Assembly (NCBI GenBank): GCA_036563455.1
Contig: DATCMK010000029.1
Location: 2,396 to 66,395 of the forward strand
Direction: 5' to 3'
DNA length: 64,000 bases
From: Pyrinomonadaceae bacterium
Lineage (GTDB): Bacteria; Acidobacteriota; Blastocatellia; Pyrinomonadales; Pyrinomonadaceae
Part shown: piece by piece, positions 24,077-33,685 of the stretch
Layout: each line of letters starts with the position of its first letter
How positions within the stretch are numbered: the stretch's first letter is position 1
The notes under the pieces: model-generated
The model's database searches: none
Seen by the model: the letters and a program-made list of their open reading frames with translations, nothing else
What the model was told of the DNA's origin: nothing
Position numbers and translations under genes: made by a program

Positions 24077-24874
24077 ATGAAGACAAAACATTATTCTCTT
24101 TCGAAAACTTTGATTTTGATGCTCTGCCTTTGTTTTCCGGCAACCAGCGTTTTGGCTCAGACGCCGGACGAAAAGGCCGAAGCGATCTTGAAAAAAGCCG
24201 TGCAGCAAATGGGCGGCGAAAATTACTTAAAGGTCAAAACGCAGATCGGGCGCGGAAAATTCAGCCTCATGCGCGAAGGCATGAACGGTTCGTTTCAGTC
24301 GTTCGTCGACGTCATCGTTTATCCCGACAAAGAGCGCACGGAATTTAAGGAGTTCGGCAGAAAAAGCGTGCAGACAAACAGCGGCGACAGCGGCTGGACT
24401 TTCGACGAAAAAACGGCGGCGATCGCCGACCAAAGCGAAACGCAGGTCGGCGAGTTCAAACGCGGCATGAGCACGAATCTCGACAACTTTCTGCGCGGCG
24501 CGTGGCGCGGCAAAGCGGCTTTGAGCTACGTCGGGCGGCGCGAAGCCTCTCTGGGCAAACGCAACGACGTCGTTAAATTGACTTATAAAGACGGCTTCGC
24601 GGTCGAGTTCGAATTTTCCGACACGGGCTTGCCGGCAAAAGCCGTTTACAAACGCACGAATCCGGAAGGCGCGGAATCGAAGGAGGAAGACCGTTACGCG
24701 CAATTCGTCGACATACAGGGCATCAAAGTGCCGTTCATCATCGACCACTGGTCGGGCGGCGCGCACGTTTCGCGCATCAATTACGAAACGATCGAATTCA
24801 ACAAACCGATTTCCGACGCGATTTTCGCGAAGCCTTCGAATTTGAAAGAGTTGAAGAAAGATTTGAAATTATGA
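24077..24874 (+). CDS. Hypothetical secreted protein
   Basis: Signal peptide. No family recognised. Confidence 0.5.
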   Translation: MKTKHYSLSKTLILMLCLCFPATSVLAQTPDEKAEAILKKAVQQMGGENYLKVKTQIGRGKFSLMREGMNGSFQSFVDVIVYPDKERTEFKEFGRKSVQTNSGDSGWTFDEKTAAIADQSETQVGEFKRGMSTNLDNFLRGAWRGKAALSYVGRREASLGKRNDVVKLTYKDGFAVEFEFSDTGLPAKAVYKRTNPEGAESKEEDRYAQFVDIQGIKVPFIIDHWSGGAHVSRINYETIEFNKPISDAIFAKPSNLKELKKDLKL

Positions 24875-24911
24875 GAATTCTGACGCGGTTTCAATTTGAT
24901 CGGTCGTATCA

Positions 24912-24951
24912 GAAGCGAAAATCCCGTAAATATTTACGGGATTTTCGCTTC
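24912..24951. terminator. Perfect 40-bp palindrome GAAGCGAAAATCCCGTAAATA/TATTTACGGGATTTTCGCTTC between convergent genes (bidirectional terminator candidate)
   Basis: Read directly. Confidence 0.65.
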
Positions 24952-24981
24952 GAGGCTTAATAATTTTGGTCAAAACGAGTT

Positions 24982-25245
24982 TCACATTTCGGTCAGACTC
25001 TCGCCGGGAAAGAGTTCGTGCAGTTCTTTCATCAGATGCGGTTTCGCGCCCGCCGTGTGATAAAGCTGAATTTCGGCGGAAGTGTTTTTGTGTTTATAGG
25101 TCACGTCATAGACGAGCCACTGCGACATTAAAAATAAGACCGCCTTTTCGTCCGATCGATTCAGGCCGCGATTCATCGAAATTGTAATTCCCATCTTATT
25201 CATCGATTTACTCCTTTTTAATACCGGGAAATGCTTGATTTCCAT
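24982..25245 (-). CDS. Hypothetical small protein (87 aa) in a lower-GC island
   Basis: ORF only. GC is visibly lower than the flanks. No family recognised. Confidence 0.3.
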   Translation of the reverse strand: MEIKHFPVLKRSKSMNKMGITISMNRGLNRSDEKAVLFLMSQWLVYDVTYKHKNTSAEIQLYHTAGAKPHLMKELHELFPGESLTEM

Positions 25246-25593
25246 TTAAAAAAATAAACAGGTACGAAGTCACCGTGCTTCATACCTGCAGAAACATTAC
25301 CGTGTCCTTCTTTGACATGCTTACGAGGTTAGCTGACGGGCTAGAAGCAAAGAAGTCTTCCGCATCAATCGCTTGATGCTGCGCCCCGTGTTTCGTTTCG
25401 AAACTCTGGTTCCCCCGCGCCGCCTGCATTAAATTCAAGCGGCTTCAGCGACAAATTGTATTTAAGTTTATATAATTTCCGGACAAGAAAATCAAGTTTT
25501 AACAAAGCGCGCATTCGATCCGAGCAGCGCCGCACGCGTTGAATTTCATTCCCGAATAAAAATAAAAACGCCGTCAAGTATTCGAGCGTTGGT

Positions 25594-25645
25594 GCGCCGA
25601 AAACCAGCCGGACTGATCAGCTTGCGTCTTCGGCGCCTTTTAGGC
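25594..25645 (+). terminator. Stem-loop GCGCCGAAA...TTCGGCGCC followed by TTTTA (terminator-like). The transcript it would end is unidentified.
   Basis: Read directly at the end of a 410-bp low-GC noncoding stretch. Confidence 0.4.
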
Positions 25646-25653
25646 GAAGCGTT

Positions 25654-26178
25654 TTATTTATTCAGCAGATTGGTCGTCGACTCGGTCACGCTCGAATGGT
25701 GAATCATTTCCGCCGTATTCGCGCCCGGCATTACCAGATCGACCGGAATGCTTTGTGCCGAAGGCAACCCGGAATTTTGCCTTTCGCTCGTTGAAAAATT
25801 CGAAACCGGTTTTGAAGATAAATTTCTTTCGCCTCGCCCGCCGTTATCGCCGCGCATAAAATATTCGACGATCGGCTTGACGTTTATCAAGAGCGAAAGC
25901 AAAAGCCATGCGACGACCAGCGCGACGATCCGGTTGCTGTGTCCGGGCGGCAATTCGACCGTCACCGCGGCGACGACGAGCGCAAAAAAGAACATCAGCG
26001 CCGCGCCGATCGTGAGATCGCGCTTGCGGAGCGAACGATCCGTTTTTTGAATTTCGGGCGATTGCGGCAAGCCGTCTTCGCTGAGCAGCGCTTTAACGAC
26101 GTTCAGCTGAAAACCGCACCGCGAACAAAAACGCGTCTCGTCGGAAATTTGTTCCTGACTGCATTTTGGACAGTACAT
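25654..26178 (-). CDS. Zinc-ribbon domain membrane protein
   Basis: N-terminal CPKC..x16..CSRC zinc ribbon, then two hydrophobic helices. Confidence 0.55.
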   Translation of the reverse strand: MYCPKCSQEQISDETRFCSRCGFQLNVVKALLSEDGLPQSPEIQKTDRSLRKRDLTIGAALMFFFALVVAAVTVELPPGHSNRIVALVVAWLLLSLLINVKPIVEYFMRGDNGGRGERNLSSKPVSNFSTSERQNSGLPSAQSIPVDLVMPGANTAEMIHHSSVTESTTNLLNK

Positions 26179-26270
26179 TTTTTTAAGACCTCGCGGATTA
26201 TTGAAATTTGAAGAACCTGTTATGAGCGATTACGAGGTCGGATTCATTAAAGTTCCTTTCGTTTTCAACA

Positions 26271-27272
26271 TCAATTCTCCAAACGCATTTCCCCGCTTTC
26301 GCCGACGTCGATTCTGCCCTTTCGATCGTGACAGAAGCTGCTCACGAGCGACGTGAAAAGCTCGGGTTTTTCCTCCTGCGGAACGTGCCCGCAGTCTTTG
26401 AGGACGACGAAGCGCGAATTAAGAATCGAATTGTAAAGCGATTCGCCGCATTTGATCGGAATCACCGTGTCCTCCTCGCCCCAGACGATCAGCGTCGGTT
26501 GGCTGACTAAATGCGCGTCGCGTTCGATGCGGTTCGCGTCCCAGTTTCTGCCCGACTGCAAAACGGCGCGATGCCCTTCTTTCGACTGCAGCGGGCGGAT
26601 CACCGATTCGATGCGGTCTTTCGTAATCAGATGATGGTTGACCGGCGCGAGCGTGCCCTGCATCCGGAATTTCATGAACCGCTTCGAATCGACCAGAAAC
26701 GGCGTGATGACCTCGCCGACGCCCGGAATCTTCGCGAGCCGCATGATCGGATGACTCGTCGCTTCGTCGTTGATGACCGCGTCGACGAGCACCAGTTTTT
26801 CGACGCGTTCCGGATAATCGAGCGCCAGGGTCAAAGCGACCGCGCCGCCGTACGAGCTGCCGACAATATCGGCGCGTCCGATGCCGAGCCGGTTCATGAA
26901 CCGCGAGATCATGCGCGCCTGCGACGATATTTTGTAATCGAACCACGCGGGTTTGTCCGAGTAGCCGAAGCCGATCAGATCGACCGCGACGACGTGAAAA
27001 TCTTCGTCGGCGAGCGCCGGCGCGACCTGGTTCCAGACGTACACGGACGCGGTAAAACCGTGAATCAAAAGCAGTGTCGGGCGGCTGCGGTCGCCGAATT
27101 CCTGGTAATGCACGGTCGCGCCGTCGATTTCGACGAAATGCGAGTTTTCCGAGTGCAGCACCTTTTCCGAAACTTTGTCCCATTCGACCGCGCCGGGACG
27201 CGTCAGTAATTTCCACGCGACCGCCGCGCCGACCGCCCCGCCGATGCCGAGCGCTAAGTGTTTTGTTTTCAT
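26271..27272 (-). CDS. Alpha/beta hydrolase
   Basis: Motifs LLLIHGFTAS and GSSYGG (nucleophile elbow), plus an N-terminal hydrophobic segment. Confidence 0.75.
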   Translation of the reverse strand: MKTKHLALGIGGAVGAAVAWKLLTRPGAVEWDKVSEKVLHSENSHFVEIDGATVHYQEFGDRSRPTLLLIHGFTASVYVWNQVAPALADEDFHVVAVDLIGFGYSDKPAWFDYKISSQARMISRFMNRLGIGRADIVGSSYGGAVALTLALDYPERVEKLVLVDAVINDEATSHPIMRLAKIPGVGEVITPFLVDSKRFMKFRMQGTLAPVNHHLITKDRIESVIRPLQSKEGHRAVLQSGRNWDANRIERDAHLVSQPTLIVWGEEDTVIPIKCGESLYNSILNSRFVVLKDCGHVPQEEKPELFTSLVSSFCHDRKGRIDVGESGEMRLEN

Positions 27273-27299
27273 GTCAAAATTCCTCTTTTTTTCAACATT

Positions 27300-28223
27300 C
27301 TACACCAAAACCAATTTCGGCTGCACGGCTTTTTCCGCCGCGCTGTAAAAACCGATCGCGAGCAGATTTTCGCCTTCCGTCAAACGCAAAAACGCGCCGT
27401 CGGCGAATTCGCCGGATGGGCCTTTCAGCTTCATGCCGTTTTTGATTTTCGCGACTTCTTCGGGCGATAAATTCACTTCAGCGAGATGCGAAACCGCTTC
27501 GTTCATCGGAATCAAAATTTCGCCGACTCCGTTTTCCGCCGCTATTTCTTCCAGCTTTTCGAGCGTCACGGCTTTTTCGATCGCGAACTTCCCGGCTTTC
27601 GTCCGGCGCAGTTCCGCGAGGTGCGCGCCGGTTTTCAAACTTTTTCCGATGTCTTCGGCGAGCACGCGAATGTACGTTCCGGCGGAGCATAAAACCTTGA
27701 GTCCGAAGTCCAGAGTCCGGAGTCCGGAGTCGCCGGTTCTTTCGACGATCTCGGAATTCGTCACTCGTAATTCGTAAATCGTAATTTTTACCGGCTCGCG
27801 CTCGATCTCGATGCCCTTTCGCGCGAGTTCGTAAAGCTTTTTGCCGTCGATTTTTTTCGCCGAATACATCGGCGGCGTCTGCCGAATCTCGCCGCTGAAT
27901 TCCGGCAGAACGGCTTCGATTTCTTCCTTTGTAATTTGTAATTCGTGATCTGAAGCCGCCCGATCTTTCGGCGCGCCGGTCCGGTCGCCGGTGTCGGTTT
28001 CGAATCCGAGCCGTACGATTGCTTCGTATTCCTTCGCGTCCCGGTCAAGAAACTGTGCGAGCCGCGTGGCGCGTCCGACCAAAACGACCATTACGCCCGT
28101 CGCGAACGGGTCGAGCGTTCCGGTGTGCCCGACGCGCTTCGTGCGCAGAATCCGCCGGCAGCGCGCGACGACGTCGTGCGAGGTGATTCCCTCGGGTTTA
28201 TCGATTATTAAAATTCCGTTCAT
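27300..28223 (-). CDS. truB: tRNA pseudouridine(55) synthase
   Basis: Carries the HTGTLDPFATGVMVV catalytic motif. Length 307 aa. Confidence 0.9.
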   Translation of the reverse strand: MNGILIIDKPEGITSHDVVARCRRILRTKRVGHTGTLDPFATGVMVVLVGRATRLAQFLDRDAKEYEAIVRLGFETDTGDRTGAPKDRAASDHELQITKEEIEAVLPEFSGEIRQTPPMYSAKKIDGKKLYELARKGIEIEREPVKITIYELRVTNSEIVERTGDSGLRTLDFGLKVLCSAGTYIRVLAEDIGKSLKTGAHLAELRRTKAGKFAIEKAVTLEKLEEIAAENGVGEILIPMNEAVSHLAEVNLSPEEVAKIKNGMKLKGPSGEFADGAFLRLTEGENLLAIGFYSAAEKAVQPKLVLV

Positions 28224-28230
28224 ATATTAT

Positions 28231-28341
28231 GAAGACGGAAGACAGTAGACAGTAGGCAGTAGATAGAATGTAGTGGGCGAAAATAATTTGTTTGTCCTCA
28301 ATCTACTACCTACTACCTTCCGTCTTCCGACTACTGTCTTC
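28231..28341. repeat. Large imperfect hairpin built from CAGTAG heptamers between the truB start and the esterase stop
   Basis: Left arm GAAGACGGAAGACAGTAGACAGTAGGCAGTAGAT and right arm ATCTACTACCTACTACCTTCCGTCTTC, plus a third arm GACTACTGTCTTC pairing with GAAGACAGTAG. Confidence 0.8.
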
Positions 28342-28347
28342 TATCCT

Positions 28348-29139
28348 CTATTCTTCCCCCATCGTCGGGTACAAAAATCTCAAGACTTCGCCGAAGCGCG
28401 CCGCCCATGCGGATTCTTCGTGACGGGCTTCGGGAAATTCGTAATAGGCGAAATCGAGATCGTTCCGCCAGCCGTTCGCGAGCAGGATTTCCTTGAGCGC
28501 GCGCACTTGATGCTTGATGCGCGAGCCTTCTTTTTTGCCGATGTCGAGCCAAATCCTGAGCGGCAGACGCTCGCCGGTTTTGGCGACCTCGCGAATGATC
28601 TGATTGTTCGCCCACCAGACCGACGGCGACAAAACCGCGAGCCGGCTGAAAACGTCCGGTCGTTTGAAGCCGAGATAAAGCGAAACCAACCCGCCTAAAG
28701 AAGAGCCGCCCAAACCGGTGTGCTCGCGTTCGGGCTTCGTCAGGTATTCGCGGTCGATGAACGGCTTTAATTCTTCGATGAGCATGCGCCCGTAATGATC
28801 GGCCTTGCCGCCGTGCCCGCGCATTTTGCCGGCGGCGCTTTTAACCGGCGTGTACTCGTCGATCCGCTTCTCGCCCGCATTGTAAATGCCGACGATGATC
28901 AGCGGTTCGATCGCGCCCGCCAAAATAAGATCGTTCGCCGTCCGGTCGACGCCCCAGACGATGCCGCCGAACGCGTCTTCCGGTCGGATCAGATTCTGCC
29001 CGTCGTGCATGTATAAAACCGGGTAGCGCCGCTTCGGCTCTTCGCCGTAACCGGGCGGCAGATAAACCAAAACCTTGCGCGGCGCGTCGAGGTGCTGCGA
29101 GCCGAAATTTTCATGTACCCTTACCTGTTCGTTTAACAT
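28348..29139 (-). CDS. Esterase (putative esterase/enterochelin-esterase-like family)
   Basis: Motifs LYMHDGQNL and GGSSLGG. Confidence 0.7.
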   Translation of the reverse strand: MLNEQVRVHENFGSQHLDAPRKVLVYLPPGYGEEPKRRYPVLYMHDGQNLIRPEDAFGGIVWGVDRTANDLILAGAIEPLIIVGIYNAGEKRIDEYTPVKSAAGKMRGHGGKADHYGRMLIEELKPFIDREYLTKPEREHTGLGGSSLGGLVSLYLGFKRPDVFSRLAVLSPSVWWANNQIIREVAKTGERLPLRIWLDIGKKEGSRIKHQVRALKEILLANGWRNDLDFAYYEFPEARHEESAWAARFGEVLRFLYPTMGEE

Positions 29140-29213
29140 ATGCTTTTAAGTGTATGAAAATTGCGCCGCGCGGCTCAAATCCGGCGCGCCGTGTTTTGTG
29201 TTAAAATTGCGAT

Positions 29214-29756
29214 ATGTGGCGCAAAAGGCTGGAAATTAAAGAAGAAAAGGAACGCATCATCGAGGATTTCGAAAAGGCGCGCCAGCGCACGCTCGACCGC
29301 GCCGTCAATCTTTTGACTTACAAGCCGCGCTCGGTCAAAGAACTGCGCGAGCGGCTGCTCGAAAAGGACTGGACGAACGAGCAGATCGTCGACGAAACGA
29401 TCGAAAAGCTCAAGTTTTACGGCTACGTCGACGACGCGCAGTTCGCGAAAAGCCTCGCCGCGTCGCAGATCCGCCAGAAGCCGGTCGGCAAGCGCGTCCT
29501 TAAACAAAAGCTCGCGCAGAAAAAACTCGACCGCGAAACCGTCGACGAGGCGATCGAAAAAGCTTTGGAAGAAACGCCCGAAGAGGAAATCATCGACCGC
29601 GCGATCGAAAAAAGATTGCGCCTCAAAGGCAAGCCGGAAACGCGCGAAGACGCCAAGAAATTTTACGATTTCCTGCTGCGGCAGGGCTTTTCCTACGATC
29701 TCGTGAGCCGCAAAATGCGCGAGATCGCAGCGAGAAGCTACGACGAAGGAAATTAG
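29214..29756 (+). CDS. recX: RecX family regulatory protein
   Basis: Repeated three-helix modules and a basic, coiled character. Size and composition fit RecX. Confidence 0.65.
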   Translation: MWRKRLEIKEEKERIIEDFEKARQRTLDRAVNLLTYKPRSVKELRERLLEKDWTNEQIVDETIEKLKFYGYVDDAQFAKSLAASQIRQKPVGKRVLKQKLAQKKLDRETVDEAIEKALEETPEEEIIDRAIEKRLRLKGKPETREDAKKFYDFLLRQGFSYDLVSRKMREIAARSYDEGN

Positions 29757-29830
29757 CCGCGAATTAACGCGAAAGCCCACGAAAAATATTTATAAGTTTC
29801 GTGGGCTTTCGCGTTAATTCGCGGCTAAAG
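29751..29830. repeat. Family-1 palindromic element (copy b). The recX TAG stop lies inside AATTAGCC.
   Basis: aattAGCCGCGAATTAACGCGAAAGCCCACGAAA aatatttataag TTTCGTGGGCTTTCGCGTTAATTCGCGGCTaaag, a perfect stem of about 30 bp. Confidence 0.9.
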
Positions 29831-29834
29831 AATC

Positions 29835-30176
29835 ATGAAAATCAATTACCACAACCGCGTATTCAAATCCGTCAGCAATTCCGAGACCGGAGAAGTTTCC
29901 GGCGAGACGCGATTTTTTTACCACCAGCGAGGAAACGTCGTCTGGGCGGAATACGAGGGCGGCGCAATTATTTTCGGCAATTTGATCGCGAGGGTTTATG
30001 AAGACGATTCACTCGAAATGTGCTACCAGCATTTGAACACGCGCGGCGAATTCATGACCGGAAAATGTTTGTCGACGCCCGAGATTTTAGTCAGCGGGAA
30101 AATCCGCCTGCATGAGAAATGGCAATGGACGAGCGGCGATTTTTCGAGCGGCGAATCTGTTATTGAAGAAATTTAG
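29835..30176 (+). CDS. Hypothetical protein (113 aa)
   Basis: ORF with coding-like composition. Confidence 0.45.
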   Translation: MKINYHNRVFKSVSNSETGEVSGETRFFYHQRGNVVWAEYEGGAIIFGNLIARVYEDDSLEMCYQHLNTRGEFMTGKCLSTPEILVSGKIRLHEKWQWTSGDFSSGESVIEEI

Positions 30177-30265
30177 AACTTAATTTAAATTATGAGCGTA
30201 TAACCAAACGACGAGGGCGGCGCTTCGGAAGGTGTTAAAGATCGCGAGCGTTCGCCCGGGCAAAA

Positions 30266-30799
30266 ATGCTCATCCTTTTTACAATTCTGGTCGTTTTATC
30301 GGCTGTCGCGGCGCTGGCGATCTCTTTCAAGCGCCGAAGCTCCAACTTTCCCGAACAAAATCCGCCGAAAAATTTTGAAGCAGAATCTTTCCGCCCGCTC
30401 TTTGAGCCGACGGAAGACGAGCTGCGCGCGTTCGCGCGCGAAGAAAATGCGCTTCGCGAGGCAAAAATGGCGGACGAAGCGCGTCGGGTTTTAGTTGAAA
30501 AATCCGAAATAGTTTCTGAATTTGAAAGAACGTGGCAGTCCGCGCCCGACCGAAAAGGGGCGATCGAACTACTTTTTCTGGCGTCGGCGAGCGAAAGCGC
30601 GCAAACCTTTGGCAAAGCGGCTGAAAAGGTCATAAATCTTTGGCGAGAAAACCGGATAGAAAATTTAACGGCACGGGATTTGGCTGACTTGTTGGACAGC
30701 CACTTCCGAATTTTACCCCAACAGGAAAGAACTTCGGGCGCGTTGTTTTGGCTGAAAGAAGAAATCCAGGCGCTGCGCGGCGAGGTCAGAGGAAATTAA
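30266..30799 (+). CDS. Hypothetical membrane-anchored protein upstream of the flotillin gene
   Basis: N-terminal transmembrane helix followed by a helical, charged domain. Not NfeD-like. Confidence 0.5.
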   Translation: MLILFTILVVLSAVAALAISFKRRSSNFPEQNPPKNFEAESFRPLFEPTEDELRAFAREENALREAKMADEARRVLVEKSEIVSEFERTWQSAPDRKGAIELLFLASASESAQTFGKAAEKVINLWRENRIENLTARDLADLLDSHFRILPQQERTSGALFWLKEEIQALRGEVRGN

Positions 30800-30890
30800 T
30801 CAAAAGGAGCGTGAAAAGACGACGAACTCGGCTGTCTGAGACGAATTTCGGCGTTTTTTCACTCCTGCCAATTTTCTTGAGGAAATAAGA

Positions 30891-33110
30891 ATGGAGAATA
30901 CGAATTTAATCGCTTTGGCTTTCGTGATCGGTCTGGCGCTGATCGGGCTCGGCATCGTCTGGTACATCATTACGCGCTTTCTGGTCAACATCGGCGCGAC
31001 CGAAGTCGGCATCAAAGAGCGCCGCTACTGGGGAACGAAAATGGCGCAGGGCCGGGTCGTCGCGACCGACGGCGAGATCGGCATTCAGGCGGAAGTCTTG
31101 AAACCGGGCTTGCACGTCGTCTTTTTCCCGATCGAGCGCGTGATTCAAAAAGTCCCGCTCGTCGAGATCGGCGCCGACGAAATGGGCGTCATCGAGGCGA
31201 TCGACGGCGAACCGATGCAGACCGGCTCGATCTTCGCGCCCGACCGCGCGCAGAACGCGCACAACAACTTCCAGGACCCGATCGCCTACATCAAACAGGG
31301 CGGCGTCAAAGGCATTCAGCTGCGCACGCTGCCGCCCGGAAAATGGGCGATCCACCCGTACCTGTTCCGCGTTTCGATCGCCAAGGCGACGGTCGTGCCG
31401 CCGGGAAAAGTCGGCATCATCACTTCGGCCGACGGCGCGCAGCTCGATCAGGGACGGCTGCACGGCAAAGCGATCGCGAAGCACAAAAACTTTCAGGACG
31501 CCGAATCGTTCATCTACAACGGCGGCCAGAAAGGTCCGCAGGTCGAAATCCTGACGCCCGGCACGTACCGCATTCACACGCAGTCGGTCGCGCTCGACAA
31601 CTCGAACGACTTCAAACCCGGACTTTTTACCGTCAGGCTGTTTGACGCGACCGTCATCACCGAAAATCAGATCGGACTCGTCGAAGCGCTCGACGGCGCG
31701 CCGCTCGATCCGCGCGATTACGTCGCGCAGGCCGTCACCGGACACGACAATTTCCAGGACAGTAACGAATTTATCGCGAAAGGCGGTCAGCGCGGACCGC
31801 AGAAGGACATTCTTTTGCCCGGCACTTACTACATCAACCCTTTGGTTTTCAAAGTCATTACCGAAACGGCGAAAGAAGTCAAACCCGGCGAGGTCGCGGT
31901 GATCGTCTCGAACGTCGGCAAAGACCCGGGCGCGGAAATCCGGCAGGCGATGGCGGCGAAGGTGCGCGAGCGGCTCGAACGCGAAGAACGCGAACAGATC
32001 AGCCGCGCCGCCGAACAGCTCGACAAGGTCGACGGCGACAACATCTCGGTCGAAGAGATCAAAGCCGAACTGCAGGCCGACGGCGACCCGGCGGACAAGC
32101 GTCTCGACGGCGGCGCGCACGAGGCGTACGTCGTGCCGGAAGGTTTTCGCGGCATTCAGGAAACGGTCGTCGGTCCCGGCAAATACTACATCAACACGCT
32201 CGCGATGACGCCGATCATCATTCCGACGACGAACATGACGGTCGAATGGACGGCGGAAGAGATCGACAATTCGTTCGACCCGTTCGCGGTCATTTCGAAA
32301 GACGGCTTCACGATGCAGCTCGAAGTGCGCGTCGTGTTCCGCGTCAAACCGGAAGACGCGCCGTTTATGGTCGCGAAAATCGGCAACACGGATCGCCTCA
32401 TTCAAAACGTGATGCATCCCCTGATCGATTCGATCTTCCGCAACCAGGCTTCGGAATCCTCCGCGATGGCGTATCTGCAGAACCGCCACGAAGAACAGGA
32501 ACGCGCCGAAGCGCGCGTGCGCATGCATCTTCTGAAATATCACGTCGACGTCGTCAACGTTCTGATCTGCCACATCCATCTGCCGGAAGAGCTGATGAAG
32601 ACGCAGACCGAAAAAATCCTCGCCGAGCAGAAACAGAATATGTTTTCGGCGCAGCGCGAGGCGGAAGTCAAACGTATCGAACTCGAAAAGACGCGCGCGC
32701 ACGCCGACAATCAGAAGAATCTGATGGAGGCGACCGTCGGCGTCGAAATCGCGGCGAAACGCTCGGAACAGCGCAAGAACGAGGCGGACGGCGAAGCGTA
32801 TTACATCTCGTCGACCGGTAAAGCCGAGGCAGAAAAAATGCGGCTCATCGGCGAAGCGCAGGGCGTCGCGTACAAAGAACAGGTCAACGCGCTCGGCGCG
32901 AACGGCGTCGCGCTCGTCGAAACCCTGAAAGTGATCGGCGAAAAAGGCGTCCGCATCACGCCCGACATCATGGCTTCGGGCGGCGGCGCCGGGAGCGAAG
33001 GCGGCGGCATCGGGACTTTGCTGCTCTTGAATCTCTTCCGCGACCAGATGCAAAAGCAAAACGGCAACGGCGCGGTCGTCGCGGCGCCGACGAACGGCGA
33101 TAAAAACTGA
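30891..33110 (+). CDS. Flotillin-like SPFH/band-7 protein
   Basis: N-terminal transmembrane helix, SPFH domain, long EA-rich coiled coil and a Gly-rich tail. Three internal repeats of ..NFQD..(F/Y)I..GGQ(K/R)G(P/I)Q.. are present. Confidence 0.8.
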   Translation: MENTNLIALAFVIGLALIGLGIVWYIITRFLVNIGATEVGIKERRYWGTKMAQGRVVATDGEIGIQAEVLKPGLHVVFFPIERVIQKVPLVEIGADEMGVIEAIDGEPMQTGSIFAPDRAQNAHNNFQDPIAYIKQGGVKGIQLRTLPPGKWAIHPYLFRVSIAKATVVPPGKVGIITSADGAQLDQGRLHGKAIAKHKNFQDAESFIYNGGQKGPQVEILTPGTYRIHTQSVALDNSNDFKPGLFTVRLFDATVITENQIGLVEALDGAPLDPRDYVAQAVTGHDNFQDSNEFIAKGGQRGPQKDILLPGTYYINPLVFKVITETAKEVKPGEVAVIVSNVGKDPGAEIRQAMAAKVRERLEREEREQISRAAEQLDKVDGDNISVEEIKAELQADGDPADKRLDGGAHEAYVVPEGFRGIQETVVGPGKYYINTLAMTPIIIPTTNMTVEWTAEEIDNSFDPFAVISKDGFTMQLEVRVVFRVKPEDAPFMVAKIGNTDRLIQNVMHPLIDSIFRNQASESSAMAYLQNRHEEQERAEARVRMHLLKYHVDVVNVLICHIHLPEELMKTQTEKILAEQKQNMFSAQREAEVKRIELEKTRAHADNQKNLMEATVGVEIAAKRSEQRKNEADGEAYYISSTGKAEAEKMRLIGEAQGVAYKEQVNALGANGVALVETLKVIGEKGVRITPDIMASGGGAGSEGGGIGTLLLLNLFRDQMQKQNGNGAVVAAPTNGDKN

Positions 33111-33132
33111 TCGATAAAAGCCGGAACGCGAT

Positions 33133-33162
33133 AAAAGGCCGGGGAATTTCCCGGCCTTTTTC
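33133..33162 (+). terminator. Rho-independent terminator after the flotillin gene
   Basis: aaaaGGCCGGGGaatttCCCGGCCtttttcg. Confidence 0.8.
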
Positions 33163-33685
33163 GCGTTTGTAACGGGATTAATCGAAAAGGCGTCAAAATT
33201 TCGAATACGACTTAACTTCAAAAAATTTTGAATCCGAATTCGTATTCCCGACGAAATAGATTAACGAGACCGTAGATATTTGCTCTGCCGAAGCAACGGT
33301 CTCGGATGTGCATGGGAAGAAGCGAACGGCTGATGAGCAGCGAAAAAAATCGACGTTTTTCCGCCGCTCTCGTTCGCCGGGTCGGTATTTTAGGTTTGCT
33401 TGCCGACGCTCCTCCAGAGAGAAAGCTGCGCGCATAAAATTCCGACAGCGCAGCAACCTCAATGTAGTTAATCTCCTTTCTACATTGACGCCGGACGTTT
33501 CCGCTGAAAAACGTCCGGCATTTTTTCGCGGCGGCGTTCGGAAAGATTTCCTCGCTCGGCTCCCGCCGCGGCGCTTTTCCTGTACGGTTTGACGCGGTTT
33601 TTCTTTTCCCTCAAAATTATATATTTCCCGTCGGCGTTAAAAGCGGCTCGCCATTGATTTCATGCCGCCGGGCGGGATTTAAGTT

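Noticed and set aside
27706-27735. Short tandem repeat gagtccggagtccggagtc inside truB
   Set aside because: It lies in frame within a conserved truB coding region (encodes ..DSGLRTLDFGL..). It is a coding coincidence or slippage relic, not an independent element.
30906-33221. 771-aa minus-strand ORF antisense to the flotillin gene. Similar long Arg-rich antisense ORFs occur at 41767..43458, 7824..8630, 61636..62499, 62812..63924 and 26419..27216.
   Set aside because: These are Arg/Asp/Gly-rich low-complexity translations in the antisense shadow of clearly identifiable genes. This is a typical high-GC artefact.
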